Origin: an uncultured Spirochaetota bacterium
GTDB taxonomy: Bacteria > Spirochaetota > Spirochaetia > SZUA-6 > Fen-1364
Direction of reading: 5' to 3'
NCBI GenBank assembly: GCA_963745235.1
Contig: CAVUXE010000052.1
Span: 160,001-224,000, forward strand
Length of the DNA: 64,000 bases
Shown: positions 9,024 to 17,698 of the stretch, piece after piece
Layout of the letters: each line of letters starts with the position of its first letter
Position numbering within the stretch: the first letter of the stretch is position 1
Position numbers and translations under genes: made by a program
Notes under the pieces: model-generated
What the model was told of the DNA's origin: nothing
Database searches by the model: none
Seen by the model: the letters and a program-made list of their open reading frames with translations, nothing else

Positions 9024-10376
9024 ATGAAGTACCTATTTCCGGAAAGTTTCCTGTGGGGGGCCGCCACATCGGCGTACCAGATCGAAGGCTCGCCCCTTGC
9101 GGATGGCGCAACGCCCTCTACCTGGCACGAGTTCACCCATCGACGCGGAAAGGTTCAGGATGGGACCACCGGGGATGTCGCCTGCGACCACTACAGGCGC
9201 TTCGATGAGGACATCCGCCACATGCGGGATCTCGGTCTCAAGGCGTATCGCTTCTCGACCGGCTGGACGAGGATCTTCCCCGAGCCTGGGTCCGTGAACC
9301 AGAGGGGCCTTGACTTCTACGACAGGCTCGTCGACTCCCTCATGGGCGCCGGGATCACCCCGCTTCTCACGATCTTCCACCTCGAGGAGCCGGTGTGGCT
9401 GGCTCGGGGGGGAGGATTCACGCAAAGGACATCCGTGGATCATCTGCTGGAGCTGGGGAAAGCGCTCATGCGCCGGCTCGGTGACAGAGTCAGGACGTGG
9501 TGCACGATCAACGAGCCGTCTCTGTACGCATTCCAGGGCTATGCAACCGCCGAATACCCCCCGGCGCACAGGTTTGACCTGCGGGGGATGTTCCATTGCG
9601 CCCACCACCTCCTGCTCGCCCATGCAAGGCTCGTTGAGGCCTGCTCCGCCCTGGTACGGGATGGCCAGATCGGGCTTGCCCACTACTACGTCGATGTTGC
9701 GCCTGCAAACCCCGCGCGTGACCGCGACGTCGAAGCAGCGTCCTTCATGGACACCATGGCGAACGGCGTCGCGCTCTCACCGCTTTTCTCGGGCGCCTAT
9801 CCCGAAGGTGTCCTGCGACGCATGGGACGTTTCTTCCCTGCCGGGTTCGACAGGGACCTCCCTTCCCTGCGGAACCTCGGGACATACCTGGGCATCAACT
9901 ACTACAGGAGGAACAGGTACCGCCATTCCCTGTTCACCCCTTTCCTGCACGCCGCGGAATACGTTGAGGCCTCCGCCCCGCACACCGCCATGGGAGACGA
10001 GATCTACCCGGCGGGGCTCTTCAAAGCCTTGATGCGAATAAAAAACGAGCTTGGCAATCCGCCCTGCATCATCACGGAAAACGGGCCGCCCATCCCCGAC
10101 GTGGAAGGCAGGGATCCCCTGGATGACGACGGACGCGTTGCCTACATGGCTGATCACATTGCACAGCTCGGGCGCGCTTTGCTCGAGGGCTCGGACTGCC
10201 GCGGCTATTTCCTGTGGAGCCTGCTGGACAACTTCGAGTGGAGCAAAGGTCTGTCCATGCGCTGCGGGATGATCCACACCGACTTTGCCACGCAGAAACG
10301 GGAGTGGAAGAAGAGCGCCTTCTGGTATCGGGACCTGATCAGTCGAGGCTGGCTTGAGCACGCAGCTTTGCCCTGA
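9024..10376 (+). CDS. Glycoside hydrolase family 1 (beta-glucosidase)
   Basis: FLWGAATSAYQIEG, TINEP, ITENG, WSLLDNFEW. Confidence 0.95.
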   Translation: MKYLFPESFLWGAATSAYQIEGSPLADGATPSTWHEFTHRRGKVQDGTTGDVACDHYRRFDEDIRHMRDLGLKAYRFSTGWTRIFPEPGSVNQRGLDFYDRLVDSLMGAGITPLLTIFHLEEPVWLARGGGFTQRTSVDHLLELGKALMRRLGDRVRTWCTINEPSLYAFQGYATAEYPPAHRFDLRGMFHCAHHLLLAHARLVEACSALVRDGQIGLAHYYVDVAPANPARDRDVEAASFMDTMANGVALSPLFSGAYPEGVLRRMGRFFPAGFDRDLPSLRNLGTYLGINYYRRNRYRHSLFTPFLHAAEYVEASAPHTAMGDEIYPAGLFKALMRIKNELGNPPCIITENGPPIPDVEGRDPLDDDGRVAYMADHIAQLGRALLEGSDCRGYFLWSLLDNFEWSKGLSMRCGMIHTDFATQKREWKKSAFWYRDLISRGWLEHAALP

Positions 10377-10430
10377 GCGATTGTCCTGAGGCGTTTGCGC
10401 TCTGAAAAGGATTGCGATACAACTGGGAGC

Positions 10431-10937
10431 ATGAAGCTTCGCCTTTTCTTTGCAGTGTTTCTTGTCCTGTCGGCTCTGGCCTGCGTGCCCCTTGCCGCGC
10501 AATCGCAAAACCCCGTCGGCCTGGGGATCTCTCTCGGGGCGGCCCTGGCGGAAGGCAGCACGCCGAATATTCCCAACAGCGGCGGAAGCATGAGCTTCAA
10601 CTGGGGGTTTTACGTCGACATCCCGCTGCTCTACACCTTCCATGTCACGCCGTCCTCGGAGCTCTACAAGCTCCAGGATCAGAACGCGACCGACATCGAC
10701 CTCGCGTTCAAGTTCATCGTCCCGCTGTCAGGCTTTGCCATCTACGCCGGCGTGGTTCCGGGGCTGACTGCCGTGACAAACGTCCTTGACCCGCACGTCG
10801 GAGTCCTGGCCGGTGCGACCTTCCAGCTGGTGAGCAACCTGGATGTCTTCTTCCAGGGCAAGTACAACATCGTTTTCGACGGCGGGCAGAACCTCCAGGT
10901 GATCCACGCGAACGCGGGGATCCTTTTCAAATTCTGA
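10431..10937 (+). CDS. Small outer-membrane beta-barrel protein
   Basis: Signal peptide, alternating hydrophobic strands, terminal Phe. Confidence 0.7.
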   Translation: MKLRLFFAVFLVLSALACVPLAAQSQNPVGLGISLGAALAEGSTPNIPNSGGSMSFNWGFYVDIPLLYTFHVTPSSELYKLQDQNATDIDLAFKFIVPLSGFAIYAGVVPGLTAVTNVLDPHVGVLAGATFQLVSNLDVFFQGKYNIVFDGGQNLQVIHANAGILFKF

Positions 10938-11880
10938 TCTTCCCGTTCTCGATGAGCCACTCCACCGATTCGCACACCGCCTGGAAGGACTCGTAGCGCG
11001 GCTGATAGCCGAGGAGCCTTCGCGCCTTCTCGATGCTGCAGCAGGGGCTGTGTGCGATGTGGTCCCAGGTGGCCGCGGCATCCTCCGCGGAAACCCCGGC
11101 GCGCCACTGCTCCCAGGGCAGAAACTCGAGATCTGGATTGCCTCCCAACCACCGGGCAACCCTCTCCGCGTATCCGCGAAGGCTCAAGGCGGCCGGAGAG
11201 ACCACGTGGAAGCTCTCTCCCACGGCGGCTGCCCTGTTCTCGATTGCCCGGCAGAAGGCCTGGGCCACATCGTCTGCGTGAACGTGATGGACGGTTTCCT
11301 GGCCGAGATTCGGAAGCGCAAGACGCTGGCCCCTGGCGAGCGTCTCGAAAACCGCTGGGTTGAAATTGCCGGCAGGGTTCAACGGCACCCACCCCCGGCC
11401 CACGATGTGGCCCGGGTGGAGCACGGCCACCGGGAAACCACTCACACGGGAATGGGAGAGCAGCCATGACTCCATGGCAGCCTTTGCTGTCCCATAGTCT
11501 CCAAAGGGCCTTCTCGGTTCAGCCTCAGTGGTGGGCACCGAGACGGAAGGACCGTGGACCCAGATGGTGCCGCAGGAAAGGTAGAGCTCGGTCCTCTCCT
11601 CGATTGCAAGGACAATCTGGCGCGCGCTCTCCGCGGTAAAACAGATGAGATCTATGACGACGTCCGCCTTCAAGGCGGCAATCCGGGCTCCGAAGCTCCC
11701 CGCCGCATCCTCCGCGGCCCTGTCCGCCGTCTCACGCCGCACATGCTTCCAGATCCCGCGGTCCTCGTAGGGCGCCCTCTGGCCCCGGCTGAGGCAGACG
11801 ACCTCGTGCCCCGCCTGGACGAGCCGGGGAACAAGGGAGGTCCCGATATGCCCGGTTGCGCCAATGACGACAGTCTTCAT
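10927..11880 (-). CDS. NAD-dependent epimerase/dehydratase (extended SDR)
   Basis: GATGHIG Rossmann motif, YGTAK, HVHADDVA. Confidence 0.9.
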   Translation of the reverse strand: MKTVVIGATGHIGTSLVPRLVQAGHEVVCLSRGQRAPYEDRGIWKHVRRETADRAAEDAAGSFGARIAALKADVVIDLICFTAESARQIVLAIEERTELYLSCGTIWVHGPSVSVPTTEAEPRRPFGDYGTAKAAMESWLLSHSRVSGFPVAVLHPGHIVGRGWVPLNPAGNFNPAVFETLARGQRLALPNLGQETVHHVHADDVAQAFCRAIENRAAAVGESFHVVSPAALSLRGYAERVARWLGGNPDLEFLPWEQWRAGVSAEDAAATWDHIAHSPCCSIEKARRLLGYQPRYESFQAVCESVEWLIENGKIRI

Positions 11881-12006
11881 CCTCCGCCTCCACCACCACC
11901 TCAAGGTACATTCAGCGGAGCCGGTGGACAAGGGCGTGTCCGCAATTGATCTCAGAAGAACGATTTGGAAGTCGAGAAAAAAAGATCGAAAAAACAGGAA
12001 TGGATC

Positions 12007-12038
12007 TTGATAATCTCTAATTATAGTGATATAACTAT
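12007..12038 (+). promoter_or_regulatory. Sigma70-type promoter overlapped by an imperfect palindrome (candidate ArsR operator)
   Basis: TTGATA(12007)-17 bp-TATAAC(12030); palindrome ATAGTGATATAACTAT at 12023-12038 in an AT-rich patch. Confidence 0.6.
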
Positions 12039-12074
12039 GTCGTAAGATCAAACAAAAGCCTGAGGAGGTTGCGG

Positions 12075-12392
12075 ATGGCAAGCCTGGTGGCAGACAGGGC
12101 GAAGGCCGTGCACCTGGCGGATACGCTCAAATCCCTGGCCCACCCCATCCGGCTGCGGATCGTGGGGCTCCTCTGCGTTGAGGACCTTTCGGTGACCGTC
12201 ATGGCTGAGAGGCTGGATGTGCCGCAGGCAATCCTGTCCCAGCAGCTTCGGATCCTCAGGATGAGCGGTCTTGTGGAGTCTTTTCGGGCGCGCGGCCGCG
12301 CAAGCTACCGTCTGGGTGAGCCGCGGCTGCGGCAACTGGTGAAGTGTCTTGAGGGATGTCCCTCGAATCGAATGCAAGGAGGACTGGCATGA
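12075..12392 (+). CDS. ArsR/SmtB-family transcriptional repressor
   Basis: LKSLAHPIRLRIV, LSQQLRILR; C-terminal CLEGC. Confidence 0.9.
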   Translation: MASLVADRAKAVHLADTLKSLAHPIRLRIVGLLCVEDLSVTVMAERLDVPQAILSQQLRILRMSGLVESFRARGRASYRLGEPRLRQLVKCLEGCPSNRMQGGLA

Positions 12393-12931
12393 GCGTCAAC
12401 GTCGAAAGGGAGCTCGCGGAGCTCAAGGCAAAGGTCGAATCCACGCCCGGAACGGGGAACAAGCTTACCATGGTTGTCTTCTCCGGGAGCCTTGACCGGC
12501 AGCTCGCGGCAATGATCATCGCCACGGGCGCGGCGGCCATGGGGATGCAGGTTGTGCTTTTCTTCACCTTCTGGGGCACCTCCGCCCTGCGGGACCCGAA
12601 CAGGAAGGTGAACGGAAAGAACATGATGTCGAAGATGTTCGGGTTCATGCTGCCAAAAGGCACCAAGGCCCTGAAGCTTTCCCAGATGAACATGGCGGGG
12701 ATGGGAACGGCGATGATGAAGGGGCTCATGAAGAAGAAGAACGTCGCGAGCCTGGAGCAGCTCTTCGAGGTAGCGTCGGAGCTTGCCGTGAAGGTCTACG
12801 TCTGCGAGATGTCCATGGACCTGATGGGCTTCAAGAAAGAGGAAATGATCCAGTACCCGAACCTCGAGGTCTGCGGAGTGGCGACAATGCTCGCGCACGC
12901 CAAGGAGTCCTCGCTGCAGTTCTTCATCTAG
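12389..12931 (+). CDS. DsrE2-type (DsrE/DsrF/DrsH-like) sulfur carrier
   Basis: VFSGSLD, FFTFWG, YVCEMSMDLMG. Confidence 0.88.
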   Translation: MSVNVERELAELKAKVESTPGTGNKLTMVVFSGSLDRQLAAMIIATGAAAMGMQVVLFFTFWGTSALRDPNRKVNGKNMMSKMFGFMLPKGTKALKLSQMNMAGMGTAMMKGLMKKKNVASLEQLFEVASELAVKVYVCEMSMDLMGFKKEEMIQYPNLEVCGVATMLAHAKESSLQFFI

Positions 12932-12968
12932 GGCCACGCGCGCAGCGGCGCGTGAGAAAGGAAACATC

Positions 12969-13208
12969 ATGGCGGACTATACGATAGCAAAGACACTCGA
13001 CTACAAAGGCCTTGCATGTCCCATGCCCGTGGTCAAGATAAGCCAGCAGATCGGGACGGTTTCGGTGGGGGACGTGATCGAGGTGCACACCACGGATCCC
13101 GGCTCGCTGGCTGACTTTCCCGCCTGGGCAAAGACAATCGGGCACACAATCCTCGAGACGAAGCAGGAGCCCGGCGTCATCAAGATCTTCGTCAAGCGGA
13201 TGAAGTAG
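12969..13208 (+). CDS. tusA: TusA-family sulfurtransferase
   Basis: LDYKGLACPMP, TDPGSLADFPAW. Confidence 0.9.
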   Translation: MADYTIAKTLDYKGLACPMPVVKISQQIGTVSVGDVIEVHTTDPGSLADFPAWAKTIGHTILETKQEPGVIKIFVKRMK

Positions 13209-13217
13209 GGGGGAACC

Positions 13218-14093
13218 ATGCCATCCGTCTCGGATGCGGTATCCGCCGCGTCTCAGGCAACAGGCCACGCCGCCGCGCAGCAGGCGGCACAGGCGGTGAC
13301 GGCTGCGACGCAGGCGGCCCCTCCGGCCGCCGCGGACGCGGTCACCTCGGCCTCCCACGCGGCGGCAGCCGCGGGAGGACCGCTGGCTGCCGTTTACTAC
13401 TTCATCATGGTCCCCATGGTCTACCTGGCCATCCTGGCGCTGCTGGTGGGAATGGTGTGGAGGATCGTCGTCATCCTGCGCTCCCCGGCGCAGTCGTACC
13501 CGCTGACCCTCTACCCGGCGGCCAGGTCCCGCGTGTTTGCCGCTTTCCGGGACGCTTTCGGGATGAGGCAGGTCCGCGAGCACAAGCCTTTCTTCTGGGT
13601 CTTCCTGGTGATCTTTCATGTCGCGTTCGTGCTTCTCATCCTGGCCCACCTGGACATCATCCCCGCCCTGCGGATGCTCCCGGCAGCCTCGAAGCACATG
13701 ATCGGCGCCGGCAGCGTCGGCGTGGCGCTGACTGTCTCCCTCATGTACTTCATCCTGCGGCGGTTTCGAAGCCCCGTGCGGGAAATATCCACGCCGGGGG
13801 ACTACCTGCTCCTGCTGCTCCTGCTGTTCCTTTTCCTGCTCGGAGACATGATCAGCTGGTCCAACTCCTGGGGCGCGCACGGCTTCGTCATGACCAAGAA
13901 GGATTTCGCGAGCTACTTCGACGGCCTGGCCCGGTTCACGTTCGCGGACCCGCGCGCCGTGCTCCATGGATCGCACTATCACTTCGTCGTGCTCCACGTC
14001 CTCCTGGCCAACGTCTTCTTCATCTCCTGCCGTTCACCAAGATCATGCACACCTTCTTCAGCGATTCCAATCAACCTGCTGCGGAGGAGATAG
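13218..14093 (+). CDS. NarI/DsrM-like di-haem cytochrome b with Ala-rich N-terminal extension; two compensating indels near the 3' end
   Basis: Five TM helices; His pair FHVAFVLLILAH; LHV in the last helix with PFTKIMH in the shifted frame near 14030-14050. Confidence 0.85.
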   Translation: MPSVSDAVSAASQATGHAAAQQAAQAVTAATQAAPPAAADAVTSASHAAAAAGGPLAAVYYFIMVPMVYLAILALLVGMVWRIVVILRSPAQSYPLTLYPAARSRVFAAFRDAFGMRQVREHKPFFWVFLVIFHVAFVLLILAHLDIIPALRMLPAASKHMIGAGSVGVALTVSLMYFILRRFRSPVREISTPGDYLLLLLLLFLFLLGDMISWSNSWGAHGFVMTKKDFASYFDGLARFTFADPRAVLHGSHYHFVVLHVLLANVFFISCRSPRSCTPSSAIPINLLRRR

Positions 14094-14096
14094 AGT

Positions 14097-15348
14097 ATGG
14101 ACGCGGCAACAAGCACCAGGCTCAAGGGGCTCTTCGAAACGAAGCTCAACGGCGCAATGCGGCTGTACCTGGACACCTGCGCCCGCTGCGGGGTCTGCGT
14201 GGAGGCCTGTCACGTCTACGCATCCATGCCGCAGCTGCGGTATACCGCCGTGGGGCGTGCCGAGGTTATCCGCAAGATCTTCAAGCGCTACTTCAAGCTG
14301 CAGGGGAAAATTGCCCCCTGGCTCGGAGAGGTCCTCCCCATGGACGAGCAGACCCTGGCCGCCGTCAGCGATGCCGCGTGGTCGTGCACGGGCTGCCGGC
14401 GCTGCATGGCCTTCTGCCCGTTCGGCATCGACACGCAGATGATCATGTCCATCGCCAAGCTGCTGCTTATCGGCGCCGACAAGGAGCCCAAGCTCCTTAC
14501 CATGTTGTCGGACATGTCGATTGCGAAGGCAGAAGGGGCTGAAGAGACCAGGGCCAGCTTCGACCAGGCGGTCCTGAATCTCGCCCCCGAAATAGAGGCG
14601 ATCTGGCCGGCGTCTCCCCAGAGGCCCACCATCAGCGTCGGGGCCATGGGCGCAGACGTGCTGTACGTCGCCCTGGCCGGCAAGCATTCCATTGTCCCCG
14701 CCGCGGCCATCATGAACGCCGCCGGCGAGAAATGGACTTTGAGCCTATTCGAAGCAGTGAACTTCGCCGCGTTCCTGGGCGACCCCAAGAAGATGCAGAT
14801 CATCGCCCGGCGCATTCACGACGAGGCCATCCGGCTGAAGGTGAAGGAAGTGGTCATCGTGGAGTGCGGGACCGCCTTCCGGGTGATGAAGTACATGACC
14901 GGCTACCACCCGTTCAAGGTCTTCGCGTTTGTCGAGCTGATTGCGCGCTACGTGCGGGAAGGGCGCATCACGCTGGACCGCTCACGCCTTGCCGGGCAGG
15001 ATCACCTACCATGATCCCTGCCAGATCGCCAGAAACGGCGGGGTCATTGAAGAGCCTCGCCTGGTGATCCGTCAGCTGACGGACAACTTCGTCGAGCTGA
15101 CTCCCAACAGGGAGAACAACTGGTGCTGCGGAGGGGGCGGCGGGCTGGTCGCCATGGGGGAAAAGGAGTTCCGCATGAGGTCCGGCCGGGTCAAGGCGGA
15201 GCAGATGAAGGCGTCGGGAGCGGATGTGATCTGCACGGCGTGCGAGAACTGTCACACGCAGCTCACCGACCTCAACGAGCACTACGGCCTGGGGATGAAG
15301 GTCGAGTTCCTTTCCCGCCTGGTTGCGAACGCCCTCGGAAAGCCTTGA
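14097..15348 (+). CDS. DsrK/HdrD/TmcB-like Fe-S CCG-domain oxidoreductase (one frameshift near 15000)
   Basis: CARCGVCVEAC, CTGCRRCMAFCP, ECG, TYHDPC, CCGGGGG, CENC. Confidence 0.88.
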
Positions 15349-15369
15349 AACGCCTGTGCCCTTCTCTCC

Positions 15370-15858
15370 CTAGCGGGAGGGAAGGGCGCGCACCGCCGCG
15401 GCCAATCGGTCAATCGCGTCTGCCTGGATGGCCGAGATGTCGCGAGCCGGATGAACGAGGCTTCTCACGAGGATCCGGTCCAGCAGGGAAAGCTTCTCCA
15501 GGGACAGATTCCCTCCCATCAGCTCGCGCGCGAACGCGTGGGCGGAGAGCCACGGGGGAAAGGCCTCCTGAAGCTGCGCCATGCCGCGTTCGCCGGTGTA
15601 GAAGCTGCTGATGAACAGCCCTGCCTTTTTCGACAGGAGGCGTTCGCGTTCCTGCTCGCAGAAGCTTACGACCTGTCTCTGGATCTTTCCCCCGTATATG
15701 GAGCCGCCTATGAGAATGACGTCGAACTCTCCGAGTGATGGCCGACCACGCGCTCGCAGATCGTGAACAACCGTGTCGGCTGAGATTTTCCGCGCCAGGG
15801 CCCCCGCGCACGACTGCGTGGCGCCGTAGCGGCTGCGATAGGCGATCAGCACCTTCAC
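15370..15858 (-). CDS. Flavodoxin-domain protein (HemG/Flavodoxin_5-like)
   Basis: IAYRSRYGAT, IGGSIYGG. Confidence 0.82.
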   Translation of the reverse strand: MKVLIAYRSRYGATQSCAGALARKISADTVVHDLRARGRPSLGEFDVILIGGSIYGGKIQRQVVSFCEQERERLLSKKAGLFISSFYTGERGMAQLQEAFPPWLSAHAFARELMGGNLSLEKLSLLDRILVRSLVHPARDISAIQADAIDRLAAAVRALPSR

Positions 15859-16160
15859 TTCGGACCCCCCTTCCCGTCCCGAGCCGCCGCCGCGAGACTC
15901 TCTCTCACGTGATACAGGCGATTGCGCAGGTACAGCACGATGTCGATGCTCACCATGAGCGCATTCAGCGCATAGAGATAAATGACCAGGTCATAACGGT
16001 AGATGATCTTGTGAAGGATCCCGGCGACGTATCCGACCACGATGACCAGGAGGAAGGGCAGGCTCTTCCCGGCCACCTGCCGCGTCTTCCACGACTTGTA
16101 GATGGAGAATGGCCAGGCAGCGCCGAAGCACACAAGCATGATGATCTCGAAGATGCTCAT
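15855..16160 (-). CDS. Small three-helix membrane protein (PQ-loop/SemiSWEET-like)
   Basis: CFGAAWPFSIYKSWK...GKS, three TM helices. Confidence 0.65.
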   Translation of the reverse strand: MSIFEIIMLVCFGAAWPFSIYKSWKTRQVAGKSLPFLLVIVVGYVAGILHKIIYRYDLVIYLYALNALMVSIDIVLYLRNRLYHVRESLAAAARDGKGGPK

Positions 16161-16187
16161 TCAGGTGCCCCCGATAAGGAATGTATA

Positions 16188-16922
16188 CTACAGGTAGCCA
16201 AGCGACGCCATCGCTTTTTCAAGGGCGATACCCGCCGCGGAAGATGCAAGCGCGTCAGCGCTTCCGATCGCTGCTTCGATGGAGGGGTCATGGGGAACCT
16301 CGACGACGCGGGCAACCCCTGCCCTCCGCGCAAGGTCCCTTACCCGGCCGGCGTCTCCCTGCACCATGTTCGCTATGACCGCGGGCACGGAAACATGAAG
16401 CTCCCTCAGCACCGAGAGAAGCCTCTCCACCACGGAGACGGACACCACCGCCGGGGTTGAAACCACCAGCGCCTCCAGCCTCGGCACGAGCCGCGAAAGG
16501 TCCAAGATCTCCTCTCCCATTCCGGGAGGCATGTCTATGAGGAGCAGCTCCGCGGGGCCCCACATCGTGACCGCCAGAAGCTCCAGGATGGCGTCAGAAA
16601 CCTCGGCGCCCCGCAGAAGAAGGCCGCGTTCTCCGGTGAACGGGGCAACGCTCATCAACGACACGCCGTCCGCCACCGGCAGCGGCAGGATCCCGTGTTT
16701 CTCCTCGGGAAGACGAGGCCTGGTTCCAAGAAAAAGATGGGCCGAAGCTCCCTGCATGTCGAGGTCGAGAATTCCGACCCGTCGTCCGCCCCTGGCGAGG
16801 ACAAGAGCTGAAACGACAGTGCACATCGTCTTGCCCACCCCCCCCTTCGCGGATGAGAAGGCGATGACGCGCTGTATGCCTGCAAGCCTCTTTGCGACGA
16901 CAGCGGTTCGCGGATCGGTCAA
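16188..16922 (-). CDS. Mrp/MinD-family P-loop ATPase, probable ATPase-type HypB
   Basis: AKGGVGKT, DLDMQG, DMPPG; no C-terminal CxxC; TTGA overlap with the hypA stop. Confidence 0.8.
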   Translation of the reverse strand: MTDPRTAVVAKRLAGIQRVIAFSSAKGGVGKTMCTVVSALVLARGGRRVGILDLDMQGASAHLFLGTRPRLPEEKHGILPLPVADGVSLMSVAPFTGERGLLLRGAEVSDAILELLAVTMWGPAELLLIDMPPGMGEEILDLSRLVPRLEALVVSTPAVVSVSVVERLLSVLRELHVSVPAVIANMVQGDAGRVRDLARRAGVARVVEVPHDPSIEAAIGSADALASSAAGIALEKAMASLGYL

Positions 16923-17338
16923 ACGCACCCTTCCCTGTTGACTACTTCCAGGCTGGTGATGCTCACGCCCCTGCCCTTTTTCAGCCGGTAGTCGGGACTT
17001 CCACACGCCGGGCAGCGGATGAACGCGTGAGCGGATTCAGGAAGAAAGTGGATTGCCTCGCGCTCCTCATCCGTGAGCCCGCGACTCTCCTCCAGGTCCC
17101 ATTCCCTCTGGCATTTTTCGCACCCAAAGGTCGCTTTCTCCGTCTCCAGGTGGAAAATGCCTCGGGAATACGGCCTCTCCGAAAGGAGGGTCTCCAGCGC
17201 AAAGGAAAAGATCTCCCTGTCGATTGCCTGCAGCTCGCCGATGAGGACAGTCACGCCTCGAAGGCAGGACGGGTCCCTGCTGCCCATGGCGGCCGCCGTC
17301 GCCTCCACCACGGCGTCCGCGAGAGCCCATTCGTGCAC
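16919..17338 (-). CDS. hypA: Hydrogenase nickel-incorporation protein HypA
   Basis: (M)HEWALA, GELQ, CEKC and CPAC zinc sites, GRGV. Confidence 0.93.
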   Translation of the reverse strand: MHEWALADAVVEATAAAMGSRDPSCLRGVTVLIGELQAIDREIFSFALETLLSERPYSRGIFHLETEKATFGCEKCQREWDLEESRGLTDEEREAIHFLPESAHAFIRCPACGSPDYRLKKGRGVSITSLEVVNREGCV

Positions 17339-17339
17339 C

Positions 17340-17645
17340 CTAGAGCCTCGAGATGAGGTCCCTGACCCAGGGATCAACGACGGAGTAGATCCGCCGGTTT
17401 CCTTCCACCCGGGAAGAAACGATATGTTCGCGCTTGAGCACCGCCAGGTGCTGCGAGACCACGGGCTGGGATTCTTCTACGCAGTGCCAGAGGTCCGAGA
17501 CGCAGGGTTCGCTGCGCTCGATGGCGCAGAGAAGCTTCAGGCGAATGGGGTGGCCGCAGACCTTCAGCTTGCGGGCGATTGACGGCATTGACCGCCGCAG
17601 GTCCATGCGGATGATGTCCTTGTCCAGAAGCTTGTTTTTTTCCAT
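17340..17645 (-). CDS. ArsR/SmtB-family transcriptional regulator
   Basis: LKVCGHPIRLKLL, SQPVVSQHLAVLK. Confidence 0.88.
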   Translation of the reverse strand: MEKNKLLDKDIIRMDLRRSMPSIARKLKVCGHPIRLKLLCAIERSEPCVSDLWHCVEESQPVVSQHLAVLKREHIVSSRVEGNRRIYSVVDPWVRDLISRL

Positions 17646-17667
17646 TGTGTTCGGTATGTTCCAGTCA

Positions 17668-17696
17668 ATTCTACTGAGAGGAGCGAATCATTTCAA
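17668..17696 (-). promoter_or_regulatory. Sigma70-type promoter of the arsR-hypA operon
   Basis: TTGAAA-17 bp-TAGAAT on the minus strand. Confidence 0.6.
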
Positions 17697-17698
17697 GG

